24,000 bases of DNA from Bacillota bacterium (GCA_023436115.1 JAEZKQ010000003.1:73846-97845); one strand, 5' to 3'; shown: positions 1-7,330, counted from the first letter of the stretch. The notes: generated by a model from the sequence alone, not told the origin. Numbers and translations are program-made.

Positions 1-2
1 GC

Positions 3-239
3 ATCGACAGCCTTGCGGAGCGCTGGGCAGACGAGCGCTATATCCCCAAGCTGATTATCCGGCCTGATTACGAAAAATACGGCAAAAGCGCCCCTTTGCG
101 CCGCAACAAGGTAATGATCGAAATTGCGGACTACGTTGTCGCCGTTTGGGACGGGCAATCCACTGGCACGAAATCCTCCATCGACTATGCGAAAAAAATA
201 GGTAAGCCCATTGAAGTGTATACGGTACGCACCCCGTAG
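3..239 (+). CDS. DUF2493 / SLOG-fold (YspA/DprA-like Rossmann) protein, C-terminal fragment; the 5' end lies outside the window
   Basis: Frame 3 is open from the window edge to TAG at 237-239. The ORF track misses it because there is no in-window start. Translation: IDSLAERWADERYIPKLIIRPDYEKYGKSAPLRRNKVMIEIADYVVAVWDGQSTGTKSSIDYAKKIGKPIEVYTVRTP. The pattern D-x-EKYGK...RN..(I/V)...D.V(I/V)A.WDG.S.GTK.SI.YAKK..KP is how I remember the C-terminal half of DUF2493. GC-rich, host-like codon usage. Confidence 0.7.
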   Translation: MDSLAERWADERYIPKLIIRPDYEKYGKSAPLRRNKVMIEIADYVVAVWDGQSTGTKSSIDYAKKIGKPIEVYTVRTP

Positions 240-300
240 GGGCGGGTTTCAATGCCCGGCCGTTAACGCATCCCGTAGGGGCGGCTTATAGCCGCCCACC
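231..300. repeat. REP-like GC-rich double-hairpin element, copy A (two CCCGTAGGGGCGG... units)
   Basis: Unit 1 stem is GGGCGGG (240-246) / CCCGGCC (255-261), loop TTTCAATG. Unit 2 stem is GGGCGGCT (279-286) / AGCCGCCC (290-297), loop TAT. Positions 232-284 match 5733-5785 at about 49 of 53 positions by manual alignment. Unit 1 supplies the TAG stop of the upstream gene. Confidence 0.75.
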
Positions 301-413
301 TTCCGCCACCGACCGATAAGTTTCACCCATTATACCAAAAATATGATATTTCCCGCTTTTTGTAGATTATTGGAATTATCTTATGTATATTGGTAGATAA
401 TTGTAGTTTATTA

Positions 414-422
414 TGTTATAGT
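414..422 (+). promoter_or_regulatory. Putative extended -10 promoter (TGtTATAGT) for the SIR2-like/DUF262 operon
   Basis: TG-n-TATAGT at 414-422 lies about 42 nt upstream of the ATG at 464 in a very AT-rich leader. TTG(G)TAGAT(A/T)ATTG-like direct repeats occur at 360-373, 390-403 and 401-415. No clean -35. Motif reading only. Confidence 0.3.
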
Positions 423-463
423 TAATTATATTTTTGAAATCAATATTTTCGAGGATAGCCAAT

Positions 464-1489
464 ATGGCAAACAAAACTTTTATTATTCTTGGCAATGGCT
501 TTTCAATTAGTCTTATTGAATCAATAAAATTAAACGATAAAATTGATCTTCGTAATTTATTTACAAAAGGAGATGAAGTTGTTTGGCCATTTAGCCACGA
601 TAAAGGCTTTCTGTCAAGGAAATTTTGTGAAAACCTGTGGACTTTAGGAGCCCGGCCAACAATGAGAACTGAGGAGAGCATTAATTTTATTTCCAACTTA
701 ATAACATGCCTAAATGTCTTTAATACTGCTAGTATTAAAAATCCCGACTTTAGACAAAATACAACGAATATATATAGAGAAGCACATAATGAATTATCTA
801 CATATTTAAAACATTTATTTATCCACTATAATTCATTAGTCTCAACAAAAGCTCTCCAAGGAATTATAGATAAATTGCCATTAATCAACTATATTCAGAA
901 TATTATATCGTGCGGCGATGAAGTGATTGTTATTTCTTATAATTATGACATTTTTTTAGAAAGGCTATTACGGATAAAAAAAGTCCCATTTGGTCTTATA
1001 GGCTTTAATAATACTATAAACAAAAGTATAAAGCTCTTTAAGCCCCATGGATCAATAAGTTTCGTAACAAAAAGTCAGACTCCATCTGGCAAAAACTTTA
1101 CTATTAAGGACACATTTGATAGTATTGAGATGAATATTAGTGATTTAAAGCTAGATTATAATTTAATGGAGGACAGATCATTAATTAATGCTATTATTCC
1201 TCCTGCCGGTGATGCTAATAGGCTTGCTCGAGGATGGGTAAAATATATAAGAACTACTCTCATGAAGGAAGTAAAATCTTCATCTGATAAGGATAGTTTA
1301 ATTATATATGGTACATCATACGATCATGTTGATAGAGTCGAAATTGATGAAATTATTACCGAGATTAATTCAGATGTAAATGCTATTTATGTGAATCCTT
1401 ATCCGTCTTCAACTTTTGACTCAGTGCTGAGTAGTATATTTAAAAATTATACACAGCTTAAATCTGGAGAATGCTTATTAGGAGTATAG
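464..1489 (+). CDS. SIR2-like (SIR2_2 / DUF4917-like) protein, putative NAD+-consuming effector
   Basis: The track ORF 434-1489 begins at a TTG. The in-frame ATG at 464 has GAGGA (451-455) 8 nt upstream, so I prefer 464. Motif series typical of SIR2_2/DUF4917 Rossmann proteins: FIILGNGFS near the N-terminus; VISYNYDIFLE (Asn codon 941-943); KLFKPHGS (His codon 1046-1048) about 35 aa after the Asn; and a C-terminal LIIYGTSYDHVD segment. About 28% GC versus about 58% in the flanks. Confidence 0.6.
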   Translation: MANKTFIILGNGFSISLIESIKLNDKIDLRNLFTKGDEVVWPFSHDKGFLSRKFCENLWTLGARPTMRTEESINFISNLITCLNVFNTASIKNPDFRQNTTNIYREAHNELSTYLKHLFIHYNSLVSTKALQGIIDKLPLINYIQNIISCGDEVIVISYNYDIFLERLLRIKKVPFGLIGFNNTINKSIKLFKPHGSISFVTKSQTPSGKNFTIKDTFDSIEMNISDLKLDYNLMEDRSLINAIIPPAGDANRLARGWVKYIRTTLMKEVKSSSDKDSLIIYGTSYDHVDRVEIDEIITEINSDVNAIYVNPYPSSTFDSVLSSIFKNYTQLKSGECLLGV

Positions 1490-1490
1490 T

Positions 1491-2570
1491 ATGAATAAAA
1501 AAAAATATAAGCGCTTTAGTACAAATATAACAATATCAAATTTTTACGAACAGCATTGTTTAAAAAAATTTAATTACGACCCAGAGTATCAAAGAGATTA
1601 TAATGTTTGGGATATTGACCAAAAATCGTTTCTCATTGATACTATCTATAAAAATTTCCCGATGCCTCCGGTTTTTTTAGAACAAAAAATAGTTAAGGGA
1701 AAGACATTTTATGATGTTATCGATGGAAAGCAAAGGTTAAATGCAATCGTAGATTTTATTAATAATAAGTTACCACTTCCAAAAGATTTTGGCGACGATA
1801 TTTATGGAAATTCAAAACTTAATGGAAAGTATTTTAAAGAAGTTTTGAGTTTAGCTGAAAAAGATGATGAAATTTCTGAGTATGTCGATATCTTTTGGAG
1901 CTATATAATTAATATCGAGTATATAGAAAAACCTGATGATAGAATAGTTGATAATATTTTTGATAGATTAAATCGGGGAGGTGAAAGATTAAATCCTGCT
2001 GAATTAAGAAAAGCGAAATACTATGATACTGCTCTATATATTTGTATTGAGGATCTGGCAAAGGAAAGTTGTACTAATAAGTTATTAAAACATCTAGATA
2101 GAGTTAGGTTACAACATATTAGCTTTTTAACCGAAATCTTTCTGTTAATTAAAACAAAGTCAGTTATTAATGGCGTTGAAAAAGATATTGATGAACTCTT
2201 CGAGAAACTCGTCGAAGAAATTGATATGGAAGAAGGTGGTAGAATAAAAGAAGAGGTTATAAAAACAATAAATTGTTTCAACAGCTTTGGGCTTAATTTA
2301 GAAAAATATAAAATTGAAGGAACTAGCCACACTTTTGCTCTATTATATTTAGCACTATATTTAAATAGTCATTCTATTGAAGTTGATAGTGCTATAAAGG
2401 ATAATCTGAATGAGTTTTATACTCTATTGCGAAACCATTCAAATAATCAATTTGTTGAAGTATACTCAAAATCAATGCAATCAGCAAGCAAATACAAACA
2501 TTCAAGAAAGAAGAGGGTTCTGGCATTATTGGGATATCTAGGATTCAAGGATATTGAAGTAGCTATTTAG
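1491..2570 (+). CDS. DUF262 (GmrSD N-terminal, ParB/Srx-like, DGQQR-type) domain protein with no DUF1524/His-Me nuclease module
   Basis: The ATG at 1491 is 1 nt after the upstream TAG (1487-1489), with AGGAG 6 nt upstream. N-terminal region: YQRDYNVWDIDQKSFLIDTIYKNFPMPPVFL...DVIDGKQRLNAI (DGKQR = 1722-1736). It is followed by FDRLNRGGERLNPAELRKA. Both are hallmark DUF262 blocks. The C-terminal 170 aa are helical-looking and carry no H..N..H nuclease motif. Confidence 0.75.
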   Translation: MNKKKYKRFSTNITISNFYEQHCLKKFNYDPEYQRDYNVWDIDQKSFLIDTIYKNFPMPPVFLEQKIVKGKTFYDVIDGKQRLNAIVDFINNKLPLPKDFGDDIYGNSKLNGKYFKEVLSLAEKDDEISEYVDIFWSYIINIEYIEKPDDRIVDNIFDRLNRGGERLNPAELRKAKYYDTALYICIEDLAKESCTNKLLKHLDRVRLQHISFLTEIFLLIKTKSVINGVEKDIDELFEKLVEEIDMEEGGRIKEEVIKTINCFNSFGLNLEKYKIEGTSHTFALLYLALYLNSHSIEVDSAIKDNLNEFYTLLRNHSNNQFVEVYSKSMQSASKYKHSRKKRVLALLGYLGFKDIEVAI

Positions 2571-2602
2571 AAAATCAAATTATTCAGTCACACATACTCC
2601 CC

Positions 2603-2630
2603 CTGCGCCCATCGCGGCGCAGTTTTTGTT
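2603..2630 (+). terminator. Rho-independent terminator after the DUF262 gene
   Basis: Stem CTGCGCC (2603-2609) / GGCGCAG (2616-2622), loop CATCGC, followed by TTTTTGTT. It is GC-rich, unlike the operon it terminates. Confidence 0.6.
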
Positions 2631-2648
2631 ACCCCCAAAAATCAACCG

Positions 2649-3818
2649 TCATACCGTCTCTCTCACTTCCCCGCATCCGTTGAACGCCGCAAACCGCGTC
2701 AGCGCGTCCTCCAGCTTGCCTTTCAATGCGCTGTCCGTCTTGCCCTCGGGCCAGAACCGCCGCAAAACAAGCGCATCCCCCTCTTTTACGATCTCGGCAC
2801 GCCCCGCAAAGCCGCTGCCATAAAGCACAGGCAGCACATAATAGCCGTATTTGCGCTGTGCAGCGGGCGTGTATATCTCCCATTTGTAATCAAAACCGAA
2901 AAGCGCTTTGATCAGCCGCCTGTCCCAAAGCATGTTATCCAGAGGCGCCAGAAACTCCAGCCGCTTCTTGTGCGGTTTGTGCAGCTCGTCCATGAGCGCG
3001 TCGTCCTGCGCCAAATAGTAAAGCGTATCGGGTATGCCGTCTACGCTGCACTGATAAATATCGCCGCGTTCCAGCAGCGCCGCAAAAGCGCGGTTTCTTT
3101 CGTCGCTTTTCATACCGCCGATGCCCAGCCACGCGTCGGAAGGCCTGTTCCAAAGCAGCCCCACCGCGCCGATGCGCCGCTTCACCTGCCAAGCCAAATA
3201 CTCATCGTCCGTCGGGTTCGGGTCTTTTTCTTGCAGCAGCTCAGGGCCTAAGTAATCCTCGGCCAGCGCGTAATATTTGATGCTGCCCTTCTTATGGTGA
3301 ATAATCAGCTCGCCCCGAAAATACAGTGTTTCCAGCGCCGCGCGCGAGAGCGTCGTGGGGCTCCAATACCAGTCCACCGTTGTCTTATGCTCAAAATCCT
3401 TGGAGCACGCAAAGCCCTGCTGCTTAATCTGCCGCTTTAGCTGCTCGCTTATTTCGTCCACATGCGTGCGGCTCGCGCCCTGCTCGCTGTGCCATTGCCG
3501 AAAGCGCTTAAAATACGGCCAGTCCTGCATGAGCCACAGGCTCATGTTCTTGTCAAAATAGTCAATGAGCCGCCTGTCCTCATACAAAAGCTCATACAAC
3601 ATGGCCTTGGTAAAGCCCTTTACGCGTGACTGCAGCACCAGCTCCGCGTTCTTGCCGCATACATCGATCGGGTCAAACTGCACACAGCCCGCCTGCCGCA
3701 CAAAATCGCAAACGCCCCGCTTGCCCGAGAATTTGTAGCCGCCCAAAAGCCCCTGCTTTAGCAGCATGAAACGACGCGCCTGTTCGTTTGTCAGCTTGCG
3801 CTCCTGCATATCTTTCAC
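2649..3818 (-). CDS. ycaQ: YcaQ-like winged-helix (HTH_42 / DUF1006) DNA glycosylase, interstrand-crosslink / bulky alkyl-lesion repair family
   Basis: 389 aa. The N-terminus (LTNEQARRFMLLKQGLL...VRQAGCVQFDPIDVCGKNAELVLQSRV) parallels E. coli YcaQ (...LLQIDTINIV...). A Q-F-D triplet at 3680-3672 matches the Q-phi-D catalytic motif described for the YcaQ-like subfamily. Its start overlaps the upstream ABC stop by 4 nt. Confidence 0.7.
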   Translation of the reverse strand: MKDMQERKLTNEQARRFMLLKQGLLGGYKFSGKRGVCDFVRQAGCVQFDPIDVCGKNAELVLQSRVKGFTKAMLYELLYEDRRLIDYFDKNMSLWLMQDWPYFKRFRQWHSEQGASRTHVDEISEQLKRQIKQQGFACSKDFEHKTTVDWYWSPTTLSRAALETLYFRGELIIHHKKGSIKYYALAEDYLGPELLQEKDPNPTDDEYLAWQVKRRIGAVGLLWNRPSDAWLGIGGMKSDERNRAFAALLERGDIYQCSVDGIPDTLYYLAQDDALMDELHKPHKKRLEFLAPLDNMLWDRRLIKALFGFDYKWEIYTPAAQRKYGYYVLPVLYGSGFAGRAEIVKEGDALVLRRFWPEGKTDSALKGKLEDALTRFAAFNGCGEVRETV

Positions 3819-5542
3819 TCCCTGAACTGGCTGTTGTACAATTTCGCGTACTCGCCGCCCCGTGCCAAAAGCGCCTCGTGCGTGCCGCGCTCGGCCACGC
3901 CCTCGTCCCCGATCACGATAATCTCGTCCGCATTGCGTACGGTAGAAAGCCGGTGCGCAATCACCAGCGTCGTGCGTCCTTTGGAAAGTTCCTCAAACGC
4001 CGCCTGTATCTTGGCCTCGGTCACGCTGTCAAGCGCGGAGGTCGCTTCGTCGAGTATGAGTATCGGCGGGTTCTTAAGGAATATGCGCGCAATGGATATG
4101 CGCTGCTTCTGCCCGCCCGAAAGTCGTATGCCCCGCTCGCCCACCTGCGTGTCGTAGCCGTTTTCCATATCGGCGATCATCTCATGTATCTCGGCGCGCT
4201 TGGCCGCCTCGACTATCTCCGCGTCCGTCGCGTCGATGCGCCCGTAGCGTATGTTCTCGCGTATCGAGCCCGCAAACAAAAACACATCCTGAGATACGAT
4301 GCCGATGTTCTGCCTTAAGGAGAGCAGCGTTACGTCTTTTATGTCGTGCCCGTCGATCGTGATGCGCCCGCCGCTGGCCTCGTAAAAGCGCGGTATCAGA
4401 TGGCACAGCGTGGTCTTGCCGCCGCCCGACGGCCCCACCAATGCCAGCGTCTTCCCGGCGTCAATCTTTAAGTTCAGGTGCTCTAATACCGTTGTTTTGT
4501 CGTTATACGAAAAGCTCACGTCCTCAAACGCGATGTCGCCTTTTACGTCTTTTAGCTCCTTGGCGTCCCGTGCGTCGGTGATATCGGGTTGCTCAAAAAG
4601 CAGCTCCCGAAAGCGGTGAAAACCCGCCATACCGCTCGTAAACTGCTCCATAAACTGAGAGAGCTTGCGTATGGGCTGCAAAAACGTACCCACATACAGC
4701 GAGAACGTGATGAGTCCCACATAATCCAGCTCGCCCTGCATAATCAGCCAGCCGCCGAAAGCGATCACCGCCACGCTAAAAAGACTCGTGAAGAAATCCA
4801 CACCGCTCACAAAAATGCCCATTGCCGAATAAAACTCGCCCTTAGAGCGCTTAAAGCGTTCGTTGCTCTCCATGAACTTATCCACTTCATACGCTTCGTT
4901 GGTAAACGCCTTGGCCACGCGCGCACCCGATATGCTGGATTCAAGCCCCGCGTTGATGCCTGCTGTGCGTTCCTTCACGCGCCTAGACGCGCTCATCATG
5001 CGCTTTCGTTGCAGCAGCGTAAACCCTAAGCCCACAGGCACTAAGATAATCAGCACCAAAGCCAGCTTCACGTTGACAGACAGCATCACGATGAACGCGC
5101 CGATGATGGTGATCAGCGATATAAACAGGTCTTCCGGGCCGTGGTGTGCCAGCTCGGTGATGTCAAACAAATCCGTGGTCACGTGGGACATCAACTGCCC
5201 CGTTCTGTTCTTGTCGTAAAATTTAAACGAGAGCTTTTGCATGTGCGTAAACACGTCGCGGCGCATATCCGCCTCCATACGCACCCCCAGCGTGTGCCCC
5301 CAGTACGTCACGATATACATAAACACCGCGCGCAGCAGATACGCCGCCACCAACGCACCCATGATGATAAAGAACGTGTCAAAAAGCTTCGCGGGCAGCA
5401 GCGTGTTCATGGCGTACCGCGAAACCAGCGGGAACGCCAAATCCACCGCCGCGATCATCAGCGCGCAAACCATGTCCAATGCAAAAAGCCGCCAGTGGCG
5501 GCGGTAATACGATACAAAGTGCTTTAAACTGCTTTTCTCCAT
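3815..5542 (-). CDS. ABC exporter, fused permease + ATPase half-transporter (MsbA/type I exporter-like)
   Basis: 575 aa. N-terminal 6-TM-type domain, then Walker A GPSGGGKTT, signature LSGGQKQR, Walker B ILILDEATSALD and H-loop IAHRLST. Confidence 0.9.
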   Translation of the reverse strand: MEKSSLKHFVSYYRRHWRLFALDMVCALMIAAVDLAFPLVSRYAMNTLLPAKLFDTFFIIMGALVAAYLLRAVFMYIVTYWGHTLGVRMEADMRRDVFTHMQKLSFKFYDKNRTGQLMSHVTTDLFDITELAHHGPEDLFISLITIIGAFIVMLSVNVKLALVLIILVPVGLGFTLLQRKRMMSASRRVKERTAGINAGLESSISGARVAKAFTNEAYEVDKFMESNERFKRSKGEFYSAMGIFVSGVDFFTSLFSVAVIAFGGWLIMQGELDYVGLITFSLYVGTFLQPIRKLSQFMEQFTSGMAGFHRFRELLFEQPDITDARDAKELKDVKGDIAFEDVSFSYNDKTTVLEHLNLKIDAGKTLALVGPSGGGKTTLCHLIPRFYEASGGRITIDGHDIKDVTLLSLRQNIGIVSQDVFLFAGSIRENIRYGRIDATDAEIVEAAKRAEIHEMIADMENGYDTQVGERGIRLSGGQKQRISIARIFLKNPPILILDEATSALDSVTEAKIQAAFEELSKGRTTLVIAHRLSTVRNADEIIVIGDEGVAERGTHEALLARGGEYAKLYNSQFRE

Positions 5543-5731
5543 AGTACTCCCCGTCCGATATTAAAAACTTTTATTCAAAGGCTATTATACGCCTGCACCC
5601 ATTGTCTGACAACTCAATGCAGCCCGTATTATTTCAAACCCGTATTATTTCAAACCCTTAACATATTTGCTGTTTTTTGTCCATATTACTCTTTACATCT
5701 GTAGAGCCCATCCCCTACAACTCGGCGACAT

Positions 5732-5806
5732 TCCCCGTAGGGGCGAATTTCAATGCCCGCCCGTTACCGCATCCCGTAGGGGCGGGTTTCCTATGCCCGC
5801 CCGTAT
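5732..5806. repeat. REP-like GC-rich double-hairpin element, copy B
   Basis: Sequence: CCCCGTAGGGGCGAATTTCAATGCCCGCCCGTTACCGCATCCCGTAGGGGCGGGTTTCCTATGCCCGCCCG. Two GGGCG(G/A)(G/A)...CCCGCCC hairpins. It lies in the divergent region between the ABC exporter start (5542, -) and the lrgA start (5893, +). Confidence 0.75.
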
Positions 5807-5892
5807 ATCACACACCTTAAACACCTTTTTATGGCTGTACGGCATCCGTCTTTCATGTATAATAGATTCATTAACGCATCTTAGGTGGTTTT

Positions 5893-6246
5893 ATGAAGTT
5901 CGTGTTCCAACTGTGCATCATACTGCTTATATCGTTCGTCGGTGAAGCGCTGCGTCTGCTCATTCCGCTGCCCATTCCGGCCAGTATATACGGCCTGCTT
6001 CTTATGCTTGTGTGCCTGATCACGAAAATAATAAAAATAGAGCACGTGGATAAAGCGGGCGGCTTTCTGCTTGAAATCATGCCGCTGCTGTTCGTCCCTG
6101 CGGCGGTCGGGCTGATCGCATCATGGAGCGCGCTGGCCCCCATACTGTTGCCCTTGCTAGCCATCACCGCGCTGACCACAGTCATTGTCATGGTGGTCAC
6201 GGGCAAAACCGCCCAGTTTATGCTCAGGAAGGATGACGACAAATGA
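5893..6246 (+). CDS. lrgA: CidA/LrgA family holin-like membrane protein
   Basis: 117 aa, four hydrophobic segments. Family-typical FxGE...P.PxSIxGLLLL...LFVPAxVG pattern. Overlaps lrgB by 4 nt (ATGA). Confidence 0.9.
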   Translation: MKFVFQLCIILLISFVGEALRLLIPLPIPASIYGLLLMLVCLITKIIKIEHVDKAGGFLLEIMPLLFVPAAVGLIASWSALAPILLPLLAITALTTVIVMVVTGKTAQFMLRKDDDK

Positions 6247-6935
6247 AACAGGCTCTTTTTGAATCCGCCTTCTTCGGCGTCGTTATCAGCATCGCGGGCT
6301 ATGCGCTGGGCATGTTTCTTCGAAAGAAGCTAAAACGCAGCTTTGTCAATCCGTTGCTCATATCAGTGATATTCGTTATCGGTGCGCTGCTGCTGTTGGG
6401 CATTGATTACGGTACCTACAACATAGGCGGCCAATACATCTCATATTTTCTGACCCCCGCCACCGTCTGCCTCGCGATACCGCTCTATCAGCAGCTCCAT
6501 CTGCTAAAAAGGCACAAGAAAGCGGTCATCTTAAGCATATTAGCGGGTGTTTTAAGCAGCGCGGGCAGCATACTGGCGCTGGCTTACCTCTTTGGGCTTA
6601 ACCACCAGCAATATGTCACGCTGCTGCCCAAATCCATCACCACCGCCATCGGCATCGGCGTGTCGGCCGAGCTGGGCGGTATACAAACCATCACCGTCGC
6701 GGCTATCATCATCACGGGAATCTTAGGGAACATCATCGCAGAGGGCGTTTTCAAGCTGTTTCGCATCACGCATCCGGTGGCGATGGGCCTTGCGCTGGGT
6801 GTCTCGTCCCACGCGATAGGCACCGCCAAGGCGCTGGAGCTGGGCGAGGTTCAGGGCGCGATGAGCAGCCTGTCCATCGCCGTTGCGGGTCTCTTAACCG
6901 TGGTGTCCGTTTCGTTTTTTGCGATGCTGCTATAA
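6243..6935 (+). CDS. lrgB: LrgB/CidB family membrane protein
   Basis: 230 aa polytopic membrane protein. Blocks: NPLLISVIFVIG..., ...LLPKSITTAIGIGVS..., ...LGVSSHAIGTAKA. Translationally coupled to lrgA. Confidence 0.9.
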   Translation: MKQALFESAFFGVVISIAGYALGMFLRKKLKRSFVNPLLISVIFVIGALLLLGIDYGTYNIGGQYISYFLTPATVCLAIPLYQQLHLLKRHKKAVILSILAGVLSSAGSILALAYLFGLNHQQYVTLLPKSITTAIGIGVSAELGGIQTITVAAIIITGILGNIIAEGVFKLFRITHPVAMGLALGVSSHAIGTAKALELGEVQGAMSSLSIAVAGLLTVVSVSFFAMLL

Positions 6936-7016
6936 TATTTGTTTAAGATGGAACGATTGCTTATATTAAAACAACAATAAAATTATTAATTAGAAAAGGG
7001 CTGTGTAAATACAGAT

Positions 7017-7330
7017 TCACTTTCGGCAGAAGTAAAAGTTTACCCCTCGTAAGAAGTCCTTACTCCAAACGCTTTTTTGGATTACACTACCTGCACTCCT
7101 AATCCTTTCCTTACTCTCTTTTATTTCCATTGATTGCCATGGTTTTTTATGGTATGGTTTATATAGAACATCAAGTAAATTTTTAGCGTCTAAATCAACC
7201 ACAAAAGCTTAGGCGCGCCTTAAGAATCTCTTCACGGTGCAGACCTTTTTGCAGCATCTCTGACATGATGAAGCGGGCTTGCTTATAGTCTAACTTTTAA
7301 ATCTGCGTATTGAATCAAAAGATAAACCTG
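7017..7330 (-). pseudogene. Possible decayed gene remnant (frame-broken minus-strand reading frames), identity unknown
   Basis: Three short minus-strand segments in different frames read as protein-like text: ...FAVTKKTGLSFDSIRRFKS*, MSEMLQKGLHREEILKARLSFCG*, and VVDLDAKNLLDVLYKPYHKKPWQSMEIKESKERIRS.... They sit in an AT-rich, otherwise ORF-poor stretch. No family recognised. Confidence 0.2.

Noticed and set aside
329-337. Perfect extended -10 (TGGTATAAT) on the minus strand at the left edge of the islet
   Set aside because: It points into the REP hairpins and the 3' end of a convergent gene, has no -35, and has no downstream ORF. It is most likely a chance match in AT-rich DNA, though an antisense transcript cannot be excluded without RNA data.
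376-696. 106-aa minus-strand ORF overlapping the SIR2-like gene start and promoter; also the 2021-2332 (-) ORF inside the DUF262 gene
   Set aside because: These are AT-rich low-complexity translations (NIINYNIINYNY..., SSSISFS...). They are antisense to ORFs with clear domain motifs and have no RBS.
335-2642. 8-bp direct repeat CCAAAAAT at 335-342 and 2635-2642 as a possible target-site duplication flanking the islet
   Set aside because: An 8-mer of this A-rich composition is expected by chance when comparing two windows of about 100 bp. The right copy lies beyond the GC-rich terminator, so it does not coincide with the compositional boundary.
231-5806. Whether the GC-rich repeats could be a CRISPR array or its remnants
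   Set aside because: There are only two tandem units per locus with essentially no spacer between them. The units are imperfect, the loci are 5.4 kb apart with genes in between, and there are no cas genes. REP-like hairpins fit better.
5667-5945. 92-aa ORF spanning REP copy B and running into lrgA; also the 55-252 (-) ORF over the DUF2493 gene end
   Set aside because: The translations are read through repeat hairpins and overlap better-supported genes. No RBS and no recognisable domain.
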